A stretch of 64,000 nucleotides of DNA from Leucoraja erinacea (lineage: Eukaryota): assembly GCF_028641065.1 (NCBI RefSeq), contig NC_073413.1, forward strand, positions 12,338,001 to 12,402,000, in the 5' to 3' direction. Shown here piece after piece: positions 1 through 12,149 of this stretch (its first letter is position 1; each line of letters begins with the position of its first letter). A program made the translations under genes and the position numbers. Below the pieces are notes generated by a model. It did no database searches and was not told the DNA's origin. It saw nothing but the letters and a program-made list of their open reading frames with translations.

Positions 1-1237
1 GGGGGGGGGAGAAGAGAAGAGGAGGAGGGGAAAGGGGAGGGGGGAGAGGGAAGGAAGAAGGGAGAGAAGGGAAGGGGGGAGAGGGAGGAGGAGAGAGGGG
101 AGAAGGGGGGAGAAGGGGAGGGAGAAGGGGGAGGGGAGAGGGGAAGAGGGGGGGGGAAGGGAGAGAGAGGGAGAGGGGGAGGAAGGGAGAAGGGAAGAGG
201 GGAGAGGGGAGAGGGGAGGAGAGAAGGGGAGGGGGGGAGAAGGGGGGGAGAGGGGAACCGGGGGGAGAGGGGGAGAAGGGGGACGGGCCTCGGATTGTCT
301 CCACTGTAACGTGAATCGGATCCCAGCCTCAACGGCGCAACAATGTAGCGCACATTTGTAGCAATTTCCTGCCCCCCTCCCCGGCCTCTGATACATTAAC
401 GGCCCTTTATCCCCAAANNNNNNNNNNNNNNNNNNNNNNNNNNNNNNNNNNNNNNNNNNNNNNNNNNNNNNNNNNNNNNNNNNNNNNNNNNNNNNNNNNN
501 NNNNNNNNNNNNNNNNNNNNNNNNNNNNNNNNNNNNNNNNNNNNNNNNNNNNNNNNNNNNNNNNNNNNNNNNNNNNNNNNNNNNNNNNNNNNNNNNNNNN
601 NNNNNNNNNNNNNNNNNNNNNNNNNNNNNNNNNNNNNNNNNNNNNNNNNNNNNNNNNNNNNNNNNNNNNNNNNNNNNNNNNNNNNNNNNNNNNNNNNNNN
701 NNNNNNNNNNNNNNNNNNNNNNNNNNNNNNNNNNNNNNNNNNNNNNNNNNNNNNNNNNNNNNNNNNNNNNNNNNNNNNNNNNNNNNNNNNNNNNNNNNNN
801 NNNNNNNNNNNNNNNNNNNNNNNNNNNNNNNNNNNNNNNNNNNNNNNNNNNNNNNNNNNNNNNNNNNNNNNNNNNNNNNNNNNNNNNNNNNNNNNNNNNN
901 NNNNNNNNNNNNNNNNNNNNNNNNNNNNNNNNNNNNNNCAAACAAGAGAGAGGGGGGAAGGGGGAAGAGAGAAACCTCCCTCGGCCTTGATCGCTTGTTT
1001 TAACTTTGCATTCGGCTAAAACCAGAGCCCATGTTTGCAACGCAGAGCGGTGGCGGCCTTGCTCCAAACTGGGAGAGGAGGGGGTGGGTGGAGGATTGAG
1101 GTGGGGGGAGGAGTGGAGGGGATTGAGGGGGGAGGGGGGAGAGGAGGGGGGGTGGAGGGGATTGGGGGATTGAGGAGGGGGTGGTGGAAGATTGAGGAGA
1201 GGGGGGAGTGGTGGGGATTGAGGGGGGGGGGGTGTAC

Positions 1238-1332
1238 CTGGCTTTCACTCCTGACGCTGCCCGGTCGTAGCTCCATCCTTGCCCCGTTCCCAGCGGATCT
1301 CCGAAGCTGGACGCCGGGTAGTTTCTATCCAT
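1238..1332 (-). CDS. PRR12: PRR12 (proline-rich protein 12) first coding exon; gene continues beyond window start
   Basis: Translates to MDRNYPASSFGDPLGTGQGWSYDRAASGVKA(S), matching the vertebrate PRR12 N-terminus ([29 protein letters not shown]); ends in AG|GTACAC donor, phase 2; syntenic with PRRG2-NOSIP-RCN3. Confidence 0.93.
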
Positions 1333-1504
1333 GGACCGCACTTGGCGCTGGGATTGTCGGCCCGGCTCGCCCTCACCCACCGCGGCCCGGCTCGTCCCAA
1401 CACATCCAGCCCGACCCGGAACAATGGGCCGCTCCGCTCCGCTCCGCCTCACAGCAGCGCTCAGTCCGTCTCTCTCTGTGTCTCTCTGTCTGTCTCCCCC
1501 CCAC

Positions 1505-1576
1505 TCACATACACAGCCCGGCCATGGCAGCAACAGCAGCAGCAGCAGCAGCAGCCAGTCACCACAACGCCATGTT
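1505..1576 (-). promoter_or_regulatory. PRR12 5' leader: YY1-type motif, (CTG)n tract and two short upstream ORFs
   Basis: CGCCATGTT at 1568-1576; CAG/CTG repeat 1527-1555; uORFs MALW* (1573-1559) and MAGLCM* (1525-1505). Confidence 0.5.
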
Positions 1577-1639
1577 TGCGCTTCTCCCTCCCTCCCTCCC
1601 TCCACCCTGTCTGTCTACCCACAATACCTCCGCCTGCGA

Positions 1640-2480
1640 GGGGAGAGATCAGATGTCTGGGGGAGAGAGAGAAGGGGAGAGGGGTGGGAGAGAGGGAGAG
1701 AAGGGGGCAGAGAGGTGGGAGGGGAGAGGGAGAGTGGGAGAGAGGTGGGAGAGGAAGAGGGGCCAGAGAGAGAGAAGGGGAGAGAGAAGGGGAGAGAGAG
1801 TGGGAGAGAGGTGGGAGAGAGATAGAAAGAGGGAGAGAGAGGTGGGAGAGAGAAAAAAGGGGGCAGAGAGGTGGGAGAAGGAGAGAGAAGGGGAGAGAGG
1901 GGGAGAGGGGGGGGGTGGGAGAGAGAGATGGGGAGAGAAGTGGGGGGGAGAGTGGTGGAAGAGAGATAAAAAAAGGGAGAGAGAGAAAAGTGGGGAGGAG
2001 AGGGAAGAATAGGAGAGAGAGAAGGGGAGAGAGGTGGGAGAGAGGATGGAGAGAAGAGGGAGAGAGTGGAGGAGAGAGGGGGAGAGGGGGAGGGAGAGGA
2101 AGAGAGAATTGGGCTGAGAGGTGGGAGAGAGAAAAAATGGGGCAGAGAGAAAAGTGGGGAGGAGAAGGAGGGGAGAATTGGGCTGAGAGGGAGAGGGGGC
2201 AGAGAGAAAGCAGGAGAAAAAAGGGGAGAGTGAGGTAGGGAGGGGGAGTGAGAGAAGGGGAGAGAAAGATAGATAGAGAAGGAGAGAAAGAGGGGTGAGA
2301 GGGTGAGAAAGAGGGAGAAAGAAAGGGGGGGAGAGGGAGGAAGAGAGAGGGTGGGGAGAGAGCAGGGATAGAGGGAGACGGGGAGAGATGAAGGATAAAA
2401 AGACGAGGAGAGACAGGGGAGAGATCAGACGTCTAAGAGGGGGAAGAGAGGAAGACTAAGGGGGGAGATGAGGAGGAATT
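1640..2480. repeat. GA-rich polypurine low-complexity tract upstream of PRR12 (similar tract at 1-280)
   Basis: Nearly pure G/A sequence built of GGGAGA-type units. Confidence 0.9.
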
Positions 2481-3336
2481 TCTTTAGCCAGAGGGTGGTG
2501 AATCTGTGGAATTCTGTGTAGGCCAAGTCAATGGATATATTTAAGGCTGAGATAGGTAGATTCTTGATTAGTGCGGGTGTCAGGGGTTATGGGGAGAAGG
2601 CAGGAGAATGGTGTTAGGAGGGAGAGATAGATCAACCATGAATGAATGGCGTAGTAGACTTGATGGGCCGAATGGCCTAATTCTGCTCCTATCACTTATG
2701 ACCTTATGGAGGGGAGAAGGTAGACAAAAATGTTGGAGAAACTCAGTGGGTGAAGCAGCATCTAAGGAGCGAAGGAAATAGGCGACGTTTCGGGTCGAGG
2801 CCCTTCCTCTGAAGAAGGGTCTCAACCCGAAACGTTGCCTATTTCCTTCACTCCATAGATGCTGCCGCACCCACTGTGTTTCTCCAGCATTTTTGTCTAC
2901 CTTCGATTTTCCAGCATCTGCAGTTCCTTCTTAAACATTATGGGGGGAAGAGGTTGAATGATTTCTCCCTGAACCCAACAGCCACCCAAAGGTGTCACTG
3001 AGACCCAGGAGGGATGGGATAAGGGGGGGAGGTCTCTCCACCAGCAGGGAATGTCTGAAAGGATTCCTCAGGAAACTCAGCAAAGATCCCAGCCCCACCC
3101 GCCCCCCCCCCCCCCCCCCCCTTCCCCCCCCCCCCCCCTCCCCTCCCACACACTCCCTACCACAACAGCCATGGAGAGCTGTTATCAGGACATGTATTCC
3201 AAGGGTGAAAGTGCACGCTTGGTGCAAGGGGAATGTGCTGCAGAGTAAAATGAAACTTGGTCGGTGCAGAGAAGGTCCGATGTGTCTGCACTAATTGGGC
3301 TGGCAGTGTGGACCTAGGTGTTTGTTATAGGACTAA

Positions 3337-3735
3337 GTGCTGGAGTAACTCAGCGGGTCAGGCAGCATCTGTAGAGAACATGGATAGGTGACGTTTCACA
3401 GAGTGCTGGAGTAACTCAGCGGGCCAGGCAGCATCTGTGGAGAACATGGATAGGTGACGTTTCACAGCGTGCTGGGGTAACTCAGCGGGTCAGGCAGCAT
3501 CTGTGGAGAACATGGATAGGTGACGTTTCACAGAGTGCTGGAGTAACTCAGCGGGTCAGGCAGCATCTGTGGAGAACATGGATAGGTGACGTTTCACAGA
3601 GTGCTGGAGTAACGCAGTGGGTCAGGCAGCATCTGTGGAGAACATGGATAGGTGACGTTTCACAGAGTGCTGGAGTAACTCAGTAACTCAGCGGGTCAGG
3701 CAGCATCTGTGGAGAACATGGATAGGTGACGTTTC
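3337..3735. repeat. 66-bp tandem minisatellite (~6 units) derived from Penelope-like element terminal repeat
   Basis: Unit GTGCTGGAGTAACTCAGCGGGTCAGGCAGCATCTGTGGAGAACATGGATAGGTGACGTTTCACAGA; period 66 (3337, 3403...). Confidence 0.9.
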
Positions 3736-3959
3736 AGGTTGGGGTTTTTCTTCATCAATGTTTCATGTTTCCACGTTTCTCCCCCAACCTCCACGCTCCC
3801 AGTTTGTCGAAGGGGCCCGACCTGAAACGATGATTGATTGGCGACGGTCCAGATTAATAAGGGGTTAGTTATTCACCCCACAATTAACTCATTCAAAACT
3901 AGAGGAGGGGCAAACTTTGGAGATGTATTTATAATAAAGCAATGTTTTGATCGCAGCTA

Positions 3960-4600
3960 TGGACAATACGATACGATAGAGCTTTATTAATCCCAGGAGG
4001 GAAATTGACACAAAATACACAAAATACATGAAACATGAAATTAAAGTGACAAGTGGAAAGGATTGGGGATGTGCAAATATTGGGGGGGGGGGGGTCAGTC
4101 TCAGTCTCAGTCTACCCCACAATAGAAGCGGGAAGAGTTGTACAGCTTGATAGCCACAGGGAAGAAGGATCTCCTGTGACGTTCTGTGCTGCATCTTGGT
4201 GGAACCAGTCTGTTGCTGAAGGTGCTCCTCAGGTTCATGGAGGGACCAGTGATGTCACGGAGCGGGGTGTGAGCTGTATTGTCCAGGATGTTCCGCAGTT
4301 TAAGGAGCACCCTCCCCTCCAAGACCAACCTCCCATGAATCCAATTCCAACTCCGCCCCCAGGATGGAGCCGGTCTTCCTGATGAGTTTGTTGACCCTGT
4401 TGGTGTCTGCGGCCTTTGCCCTGCTGCCCCGGCACATGGCAGCACGAAGATGGCACTGGCCACCACCGATTGGTAGAACATCTGCAATAGTTGAAGGAGC
4501 GGAGCCTTCACAAAAGGTACAGCCGGCTCTGTCCCAGGGCCTGAGCGTTCCTGGACCAGTCCAGTTTACCGTCCAGGCACATTCCAAGGTCCCTGGTAAA
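3960..4600 (-). mobile_element. 5'-truncated, degenerate Rex1/Babar-like LINE 3' end
   Basis: Frameshifted ORF2 C-terminus: FYQSVVASAIF...CRGSRAKAADTNRVNKLIRK...NLRSTFSNRLVPPRCSTERHRRSFFPVAIKLYNSS; same tail at ~14045-14200 (+) and ~15355-15450. Confidence 0.7.
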
Positions 4601-5709
4601 CGGCAAACAAACTGCATAGCTCACCCCTTCCAGGTAACCTGCTGAAGTTTCCAAATTGGTTTTGAACCCCTCTTGGGAGGGGATTTCTGAAAGGGATTTC
4701 CCCGGGCACGTTTGTTCCACTAGGGATTTTCTCTAGTTGTTCAACACTCCAGTAGAGCTGCTGCCTCACAGCGCCAGAGACCTGACGTCAGGCACTGTCT
4801 GCGTGGAGTTTGCATGTTCCTCCATGTGACCGCATGCTGCGGTTTCCTTCCACATCCTAAAGACGTACGGGTTTGTAAGGTTGATCCTGGTGCAGGAACA
4901 GCTTCTTCCCTACAGCCATCTGGCTATTAAACATGACAACAAATAACCTCTGACTTTAATTATTATTGCACTGTATTTGTTTATTTATTGAGTATGTGTG
5001 CATGTGTATATATACACACTGAACTTTTTCCCCCCGCTATGTATTATGTTTACATATTCTATCGTGCTGCAGCAAGTGAGAATTTCATTGTCCCCTACCT
5101 GGGACACATGACAATAAAACTCACTTGACTCTTGTAAATTGCCCCTCGTGTGTGTGAAAGTGGGATAACATTGAAATAGTGTGAACGGGTGATCAATGGT
5201 CGGTATGGACTCGATGGGCCGAAGGGCCTGTTTCAATGCTGTATCTCGGAACTAAACCAAACCATCAGGTTGTTGACAACTGTACAACATTAACCTCAAC
5301 TGTGATCTATGGACTTTGACTTTGCACAATGCACTGTTATGGTCTGGTTTCCTGCTACTGATTATTAATTTAGCGACTATATTTATCAGCGTGTCCCCAG
5401 TGTGTGTAGGATAGTGTTAGTGTGCAGAGATACTGGGGTCGGTGGGCCGAATGGCCTGTTTCCACACTGTATCTCTAAACTAAACAGCAGTGATTACACT
5501 TCCAAGAGTTATCGTGATGTACAGCATTGAAGCAGGAACTTCGGCCCAGCTTATCCATTCAGTACCAAGTTGGCATATTGTAGAGCGTCTCACAGAACTG
5601 CTGCCAGAGAGAGGCGAACTTGTTCATACTGGGCACACCTTGAGATGTCGCAGTGGAGTAGACACAATTTTTGTACATGAATTCTGGGGTTGGGTCCGGA
5701 CTGGGACAC

Positions 5710-6025
5710 TTTACTTTAGACTTTAGAAATACAGCACGGAAACAGGCCATTCGGCCCACCGAGTCCGTGCCGACCTGCAATCCCCGTACACCAACACTAT
5801 CCTACACACACACACACACTGGGGACAATTTACAATTTTTACCGAAGCCAATTAGCCTGTAAACCCGCACGTCTTTGGAGTGTGGGAAGAAAACCGGAGC
5901 GCCTGGGGAAAACCCACGCAGGTCACGGGGCGAACATACAAACTCCGTACAGACAGCACCCATAGTCAGGATGGAACCCGGGTCTCTGGCGCTGTGAGGC
6001 AGCAGCTCTACCCGCTGCTCCACCG
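5710..6025 (-). mobile_element. tRNA-derived HE1-like (V-)SINE
   Basis: Reverse complement of the 10716-11017 element, with tRNA-like head, central core and CR1-derived tail. Confidence 0.8.
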
Positions 6026-6858
6026 TGATGTGAGAGGGGGAGAGGAAGAGAAGGCTCGGAGTGTGGCACCGTGCCACCATGGTGGTAACACGGTGAAGTT
6101 ATTGGAGCAGCGAAGAGTTCACAACCACCCATAGAGACGCAAGTTCAAATCCCAGCTCGGCAAGGACAAATCACCCCAAGTAATTAAAGCAATGAGATTT
6201 AAGTAGAACAAGACCCATGTAGTATGTAGGTTAATTGGCCCTCTGTAAATTGCCTCTAGTGTGTAGGGAGCGGATGAGAAAATGGGGATAACACAGAACT
6301 CGTGTGAACGGCTGATAGGTCGGCATAGATTCAGTGGGTCGAAGGGCCTGTATCCATGCTGTATCTCTAAACTGAACTAAGCACACTAAGGAGTGTGGGG
6401 GGAAACCGGAGCACCCGGAGAAAACCCATGCAGGTCACGGGGAGAACGGACAAACTCCATACAGACAGCACCCGTGGTCCGGATCAAACCCGGATCTCTG
6501 GCACTTTAAGGCAGCATCTCTACCCACTGTGTAATGAATTCCACAGATTCACCACCCTCTGGCTAAAGAAATCTCTCCTCATCTCCATTCTGGAAGGTGC
6601 TTCCTTTAATACCAACACTGTTGAGGGGCACCTATTCCTTCTCTCCACAGATGCTGCCTGACACGCTGAGTTACTCCAGCACTCTGTGAAACGTCACCTA
6701 TCCATGTTCTCCACAGATGCTGCCTGACCCGCTGAGTTACTCCAGCATTTTGTGTCCAGCTTTGGACTGACTCTTTGGTCAGTTAACGAGGAACCTTTAG
6801 ACCGAGCAAATTAATTTCAGAGTAACTTGACTGTAGATCACAGTCTACAACAGGGATA

Positions 6859-6912
6859 TTTATTCAAAGATTTATTAAAAACAAAAGAACTTGAGCTACA
6901 AGCCAGTTTATT
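6859..6912 (-). terminator. Probable PRRG2 polyadenylation signal cluster
   Basis: Three AATAAA on the minus strand (TTTATT at 6859, 6871, 6907) in a unique AT-rich patch ~2.2 kb past the PRRG2 stop. Confidence 0.55.
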
Positions 6913-8104
6913 ACAAAGTAGTTACTATACACTTATTTTAATCTATGTAAAATATTAACATCTGATGCAAGGCACAGTGAATTGGTTTCTCCTGTCTGTC
7001 CGAGACTTTGATCATTTTCTACACAACCCCATCGACCTATCCTTCCCCCACCTTCCCAATCCCCCTCCCCTTCTGCCCAAGGAGATGGTGATGTTACATG
7101 GACATCATCAGCGGAGGATACATGTCAGGCTGGGATCATAAGCAGCCGTGGCAATCAGCTCCCCACAAAGTTTGGTTAAAATTGTCCCCCCCCACCCCCT
7201 GAGTGCAGCGTAGGTTCACCAGGGACGGCGGGACTGTCATATGTTGATAGAATGGAGCTGCTGGGCTTGGATACTCTGGAATTTAGATGGATGAGAGGTG
7301 ATCTTATTGAAACATATTGAGGGTTTGGACACGCCAGAGGCAGGAAACACGTTCTCGGTGTTGGGGGAGTCCATAACCAGGGGCCGCAGTTTAAGAATAA
7401 AGGGTAAACGGAGACAAGGAACAACTTTTTCATCCATAGAGTTGCGATTCTGTGGAATTCTCTGCCTCAGAGGCCGGTTCTCTGGATGCTTTCAAGAGAG
7501 AGTTAGATAGAGCTCTTAAAGATAGCGGAGTTAGGGGATATGGGGAGAAGGCAGGAACGGGGTACTGATTGTGGATGATCAGCCATGATCACAATGAATG
7601 GCGGTGCTGGCTCGAGGGGCTGAATGGCCCTCTACATTGTCTTTTGATTTTTCAGATTCAGATTCCATTGTCTTTTACAGAGACAACGAAATGCATTTTC
7701 CCTCTCCAACTGCCAACCTTTGGGTAATTTTTGTTGTTGTTAATTAGAAAAGCCTTGTTGCCCATCATTCAGGCCAGGCCCAGGATCGGAGCAGTCACGG
7801 ACTAGGCCCGGTAACCATGGAAACTCCCACCAACAAGATGGAAGTCTCGGAGTGTTTATAGTTCACGGTACAATTATGTGGACTCGTTCTTGAGAGTAAG
7901 TACGCACAGATTCACAGAGATATCCTGATTGCAAATTCTCGGAGACTCCCCCTCTCACCTGTATCCAGCAGTGGGGGATGGGGGGGGGGGGGGGGGGGGG
8001 GGGGGGAGAGGATGTGAGGAACCATTCTGCCACACTAGTGGACACTAGAAGCCCATGGAAATAAATCCAGGCAGAGTATTCTGGAGCATGATTGAACTTA
8101 AAGA

Positions 8105-8500
8105 GGGAGATAGCTTAGAAACTTACAAAATTCTTAAGGGGTTGGACAGGCTAGATGCAGGAAGATTGTTCCCGATGTTGGGGAAGTCCAGGACAAGGGG
8201 TCACAGCTTAAGGATAAGGGGGAAATCCTTTAGGACTGAGATGAGAAGAACTTTTTCACACAGAGAGTGGTGAATCTCTGGAACTCTCTGCCACAGAGGG
8301 TAGTTGAGGCCACAGTTCATTGGCTATATTTAAGAGGGAGTTAGATGTGGCCCTTGTGGCTAAGGGGATCAGGGGGTATGGAGAGAAGGCAGGTACGGGA
8401 TACTGAGTTGGATGATCAGCCATGATCATATTGAATGGCGGTGCAGGCTCGAAGGGCCGAATGGCCTCTACTCCTGCACTAATTTCTAATTTTCTATGTT
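8105..8500 (+). mobile_element. CR1 (HER1-like) LINE 3' fragment; related copies at ~7240-7640, 22860-23132 (-), 26245-26485, 31855-32090, 42725-43030, 43215-43390 (-), 58100-58520
   Basis: Encodes ETYKILKGLDRLDAGRLFPMLGKSRTRGHSLRIRG, typical of a CR1 ORF2 C-terminus, followed by a shared 3' UTR and TTTCTATG tail. Confidence 0.85.
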
Positions 8501-9112
8501 TCTATACCACGAGAAAACAGGCCCTTTGGCCCATCGAGTCCGCGCCGACCAACGAACATCTGTGCACTAGTTCTATCCCACATCATAGGGGCAATTTGCA
8601 GAAGCCAATGAACCTACAAACCTGTACGTCTTTGGGATTCGGGAGGAAACCGGAGCACTCGGATGGAAACTCACGAGGTCGCAGGGAGATGCTTGCAAAC
8701 TCCGCACAGACAGCACTCGAGGTCTGGATCGATCCCGGGTCTCTGGCGCTGTGAGGCAGCGGCTCTACCCGCTGCACCACCGTGCCGCCTACACTGCAGC
8801 AGAGCATGGGTAAAGGGGAGAGGGGGGAGAGAGAGAGAGAGGGAGAGAGATCACAGGACGATCAGCTTGAAGTGAGGAATATTCACAGAGCGGAGGGGCA
8901 AGAGTGTGTGCGAGGGAGGGAGGGAGGGCTCGCTGCACCCTGCAGTTTGTCCAGGATTAGTCCTGGGCCTCATTATTCCAGCATCTCCCGCCACCTCCCC
9001 CAATCCCACCCCCCCATCATGTCCCGTGATGCTTGAAACACTGGCCAGCTTCGCCTCTTCCCACTGGGATTCTGTGGAAACCAGGAGTGGAGTCGGGATG
9101 GAAGTCCATGTT

Positions 9113-9143
9113 TCAGCTGGGCTGATGCTCCCGCGTAGACCCA
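9113..9143 (-). CDS. PRRG2: PRRG2 last coding exon
   Basis: Strong acceptor GCTCTTGTTCTCTGCAG; phase-2 join gives (S)GSTREHQPS*; human PRRG2 also ends in a tiny exon after PPPY. Confidence 0.7.
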
Positions 9144-9894
9144 CTGCAGAGAACAAGAGCGCATGTTAGAACGCCAGGAAACGTTAGAATGCCCAGCCCA
9201 GCCCACCCTTCAATATCACCATGGCCAATCTGCCGCTGGTCTCATCTCCTCCACTGCCAGATAGGGTCAATAGTCAGAACCTTCTGCCCAATGTGGACAA
9301 CTCAAATACTAGTGTGAAGACCCGAAACGTCACATATCCATTTTCTTCAGAGATGTTTGTCTGATACACCGAGTTACTCCAGCACTTTGTGTTGGTTTGC
9401 CACAGGGCATAGCTTGCAGGTGAAACGAGCAAGGTTTAACGGAGATTTTTTTACTCAGAGGGTGGCGAGTGCCTGGAACATGCTGTGGGTGGTGAGGTGA
9501 AGGCAGATTCACTGTTTAAAAGGCTTTTAGATAGTCACATGGATATGCAGGGAATGGGCAGACATGGATAATGAGCTAGCACAGCCAGTGTGGGCCGAAG
9601 GGCCTGTTCTTCTGCAGTTCTGCTTTATGTTCCATGCTCCAGTTCCGTGTAAAATCCCTGATCTTTCAAACATGGAGCTTGTTCCTCTTTAAATAACTTG
9701 AATGTCCTGATGAGCGGAGACCAACTTCCTGCCCCCCCCTCTTCCCCCCCTCCCCTCTCCCTCCCCCCCCCCCTTCCTCTCCAGGGAGTGGTTAATATTG
9801 GGACCTATGGGTGAATGGTGGAGTATTGCATTCCCTGTGACACACCCCCCCCCACCTCTCCCTCTCTACCCCCCCTCCCTCTCCCTCTCCCCCC

Positions 9895-10365
9895 CAACCT
9901 CATCTATTGCATCCGCTGTTCAAGGTGTGGACTCTTCTACATCGGCGAGACCAAATGTAGACTGGGCCATCGTTTCACTGAACACCTTCGCTCAGTCTGC
10001 CTGAACCAACCTGATCTCCCTGTTGCCAAACACTGTCATTCTCCTTCCCATTCCCACACTGACCTTTCTATCCTAGGTCTCCTCCATTGTCAGAGTGAGG
10101 CTAAATGCAAATTGGAGGAACAACATCTCATATTTCGCTTGGGAAGCTTCCAGCCCAGTGGAATGAATATTACCCACAGCTAACAATGGCCAGTTTCCTT
10201 TATCATCATTACTTTTTTGCATATCTTTCGTTCATTGTTTTTTATCTCTCCACATCACCGCCTATATCTCTCGTTTCCCTTATCCTTAACCAGTGTGAAG
10301 AAGGGTCTCGACCCGAAACGTCACCCATTCCTTCTCTCCAGAGATGCTGCCTGTCCCGCTGAGTC
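9895..10365 (+). mobile_element. Penelope-like retroelement 3' fragment (GIY-YIG endonuclease plus terminal repeat)
   Basis: NLIYCIRCSRCGLFYIGETKCRLGHRFTEHLRSV...EEQHLIFRLGSFQPSGMNI is a GIY-YIG motif; followed by the GAAGAAGGGTCTCGACCCGAAACGTCACC terminal sequence. Confidence 0.85.
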
Positions 10366-10715
10366 CACAGGAGAGGAAGGCACCCACACAACCGGAGCCA
10401 AACGGCCAGAGAGGCACAAATCCTGTGTGTGGCTACCGAGCTCAACTTCCTGGTTAATCACGGCACAGATTCTGCAGAGGCAGGAGAGACGGCAGATGCA
10501 GAAACACAACAAGTGCTGGAGGAACTCAATGGGTCAGGCAGCATCCGAGGAGAGAAATAGATAGATTATGTTTTGGGGAGTTATTGATCCAGAAGTGACC
10601 AAAGGTCAGTAAAGGTCACTCAGTAACAAAACAGAAACTCTGTTTAATTATCTTCACTCAGTGCACTTTATGAAAAGATCCAATTCGGGGATAGAAACAC
10701 AATCCCATCCAGGGA

Positions 10716-11017
10716 GGCACAGTGGCGCAGCGGGTAGAGCTGCTACCTCACCGCGCCAGAGACCCGGGTTCGATCCCGACTATGGGCGCTGTCTGTACGG
10801 AGTTTGTACGTTCTCCCCGTGACCGCGTCGGTTTTCTCCCAGATCTTTGGTTTCATCCCACTCCAAAAAGAGGTACAGGTTTGTTGGTTAATCACTTGGT
10901 ATAAATGTAAATTGTCCCTAGTGTATGTAGGATGGTGTTAGTGTGCGGGGATCGCTGGTCGGCGCGGACTCGGTGGGCCGAAGGGCCTGTTTACGCGCTG
11001 TATCTCAAAACTAAACT
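10716..11017 (+). mobile_element. Full-length tRNA-derived HE1-like SINE (other copies ~13430-13690, 17790-18095, 28800-29060, 43480-43720 (-), 63230-63480 (-))
   Basis: A-box TGGCGCAGCGGG and B-box GGTTCGATCCC, conserved core, GGGCCGAAGGGCCTGTT CR1-like tail ending in CTAAAC. Confidence 0.85.
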
Positions 11018-11089
11018 GGGCGATGACGCATTCCTTTCCCTATTGACTGGTGGAGTTCTCTGGCATGTTGGAACACAATCTTTGTTCCA

Positions 11090-11630
11090 AAAATAAACAT
11101 TATTGAGAAAAATATATATTTATACAGTACAGGTACCAAAACCGTGCAAAAAGTCTTCACACATTCTCATCGTCTATTCATCCATTAGAATCATACTCAG
11201 TATGTTTGCACCTGTCTTTAAACAACCCTTGCCACTCATGTGGCCCCCTGGGGTGCTCCCCCTTCCCTTGTTTGAGGGGTGTTCGCACTGGACTCTGCCC
11301 CCCCCCCACCGAGCCTTGGCGTTGGCTGCACCGAGCTTCAGTGAGTCCCTCAGCATGTACTCCTGCAGTGTGCAGCGGGCCAGTCGGCAACATTCCCCGA
11401 CGGACATCTCGCTCCGCTGGGTGGTCAACAGCGCTCAGGCAGACCAAAGAGCATCTTTCACCGAGTTGATGACCCTCCAGCAGCACTCGGTGTCAGTCTC
11501 TGAACGTGTCCCCGGGAACAGTCCGTAAATCACGAGTCCTCTTGTCACGGGGCTATTCGGAACGAGACGTGACAAGGACCCATGCATCTTTCTCCAGACT
11601 CGCTTCACAGATGTGGTGCAGCAGCAAGTT
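11090..11630 (-). mobile_element. 5'-truncated Tx1/L1-type LINE (ORF2 C-terminus plus 3' UTR) in the last PRRG2 intron
   Basis: VKRVWRKM...VIYGLFPGTRSETDTECCWRVINSVKDALWSA*ALLTTQRSEMSVGECCRLARCTLQEYMLRDSLKLGAANAKARWG resembles the C-terminus of fish Tx1-clade ORF2; one in-frame stop. Confidence 0.65.
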
Positions 11631-11899
11631 CTGATCGTGGGTGCTGTCTGTACGGAGTTTGCACGTTCTCCCTGTGTCAGTGTGGGTTTTCTCCGGTTTC
11701 CTCCCACACTCCAAAGGCGTGCAGGTTTGCAGTTTAACTGCCTTTGGTCAAAAATTGTCCATTGCCCCTGGTGTGTAGTAGGATAGTGTTAATGTGTGTA
11801 GATCGCTGGGCAGCACAGACTCGGCGGGCCGAAGGGTCTTTCGGCACTGTATCTCTCAACTATCAGGGGAGGTGTGGAGAGACGAGCTGACGTACAAAC

Positions 11900-12070
11900 C
11901 TTGCGTAGGGAGGTGGCGAGGCGTCGTGATGGCCCGCTCTCCGGAGAGCTTCCTCGTAGGAGGGCAGTGCTGGTGCATCGTCACCCAGAGTGGCGAGGGG
12001 CACCTCCTCCCCAGGCCCCTCGGCAGGCGGCCGGCTCAAGGCCTGGGCATGCCCGCGGTAGGTCGGAGGT
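11900..12070 (-). CDS. PRRG2: PRRG2 cytoplasmic PY-motif exon
   Basis: 171 nt, phase 2-2: (R)PPTYRGHAQALSRPPAEGPGEEVPLATLGDDAPALPSYEEALRRAGHHDASPPPYA; AG/GT boundaries. Confidence 0.88.
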
Positions 12071-12149
12071 CTGGAGGTGATAAACAGCGAGGCAACTTAC
12101 AAACGAAGCAAGTCATAGTGTCGTACAGTGCGGAAACAGGCCCCTTGCC

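Noticed and set aside
418-938. ORFs spanning N runs (also 14607-14924 and 25052-25891)
   Set aside because: Artefacts of assembly gaps.
1035-2238. Long + strand ORFs (325 and 319 aa), including a polyQ/polyA stretch and an MDRT.. start overlapping the PRR12 ATG
   Set aside because: They are open only because GA-rich low-complexity DNA lacks stop codons; the mirrored MDR start arises from a CCATGG palindrome.
3337-3735. CRISPR-like appearance of the 66-bp arrays
   Set aside because: Units are contiguous and near-identical with no unique spacers, there are no cas genes, and the context is vertebrate.
10716-10790. tRNA gene
   Set aside because: The tRNA-like A/B boxes are the head of a multi-copy SINE; no complete cloverleaf.
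11174-11707. In-frame TGA between two ORFs as possible selenocysteine readthrough or alternative PRRG2 last exon
   Set aside because: The peptide resembles a decayed Tx1-type LINE ORF2 end; a better PRRG2 terminal exon exists at 9113-9143.
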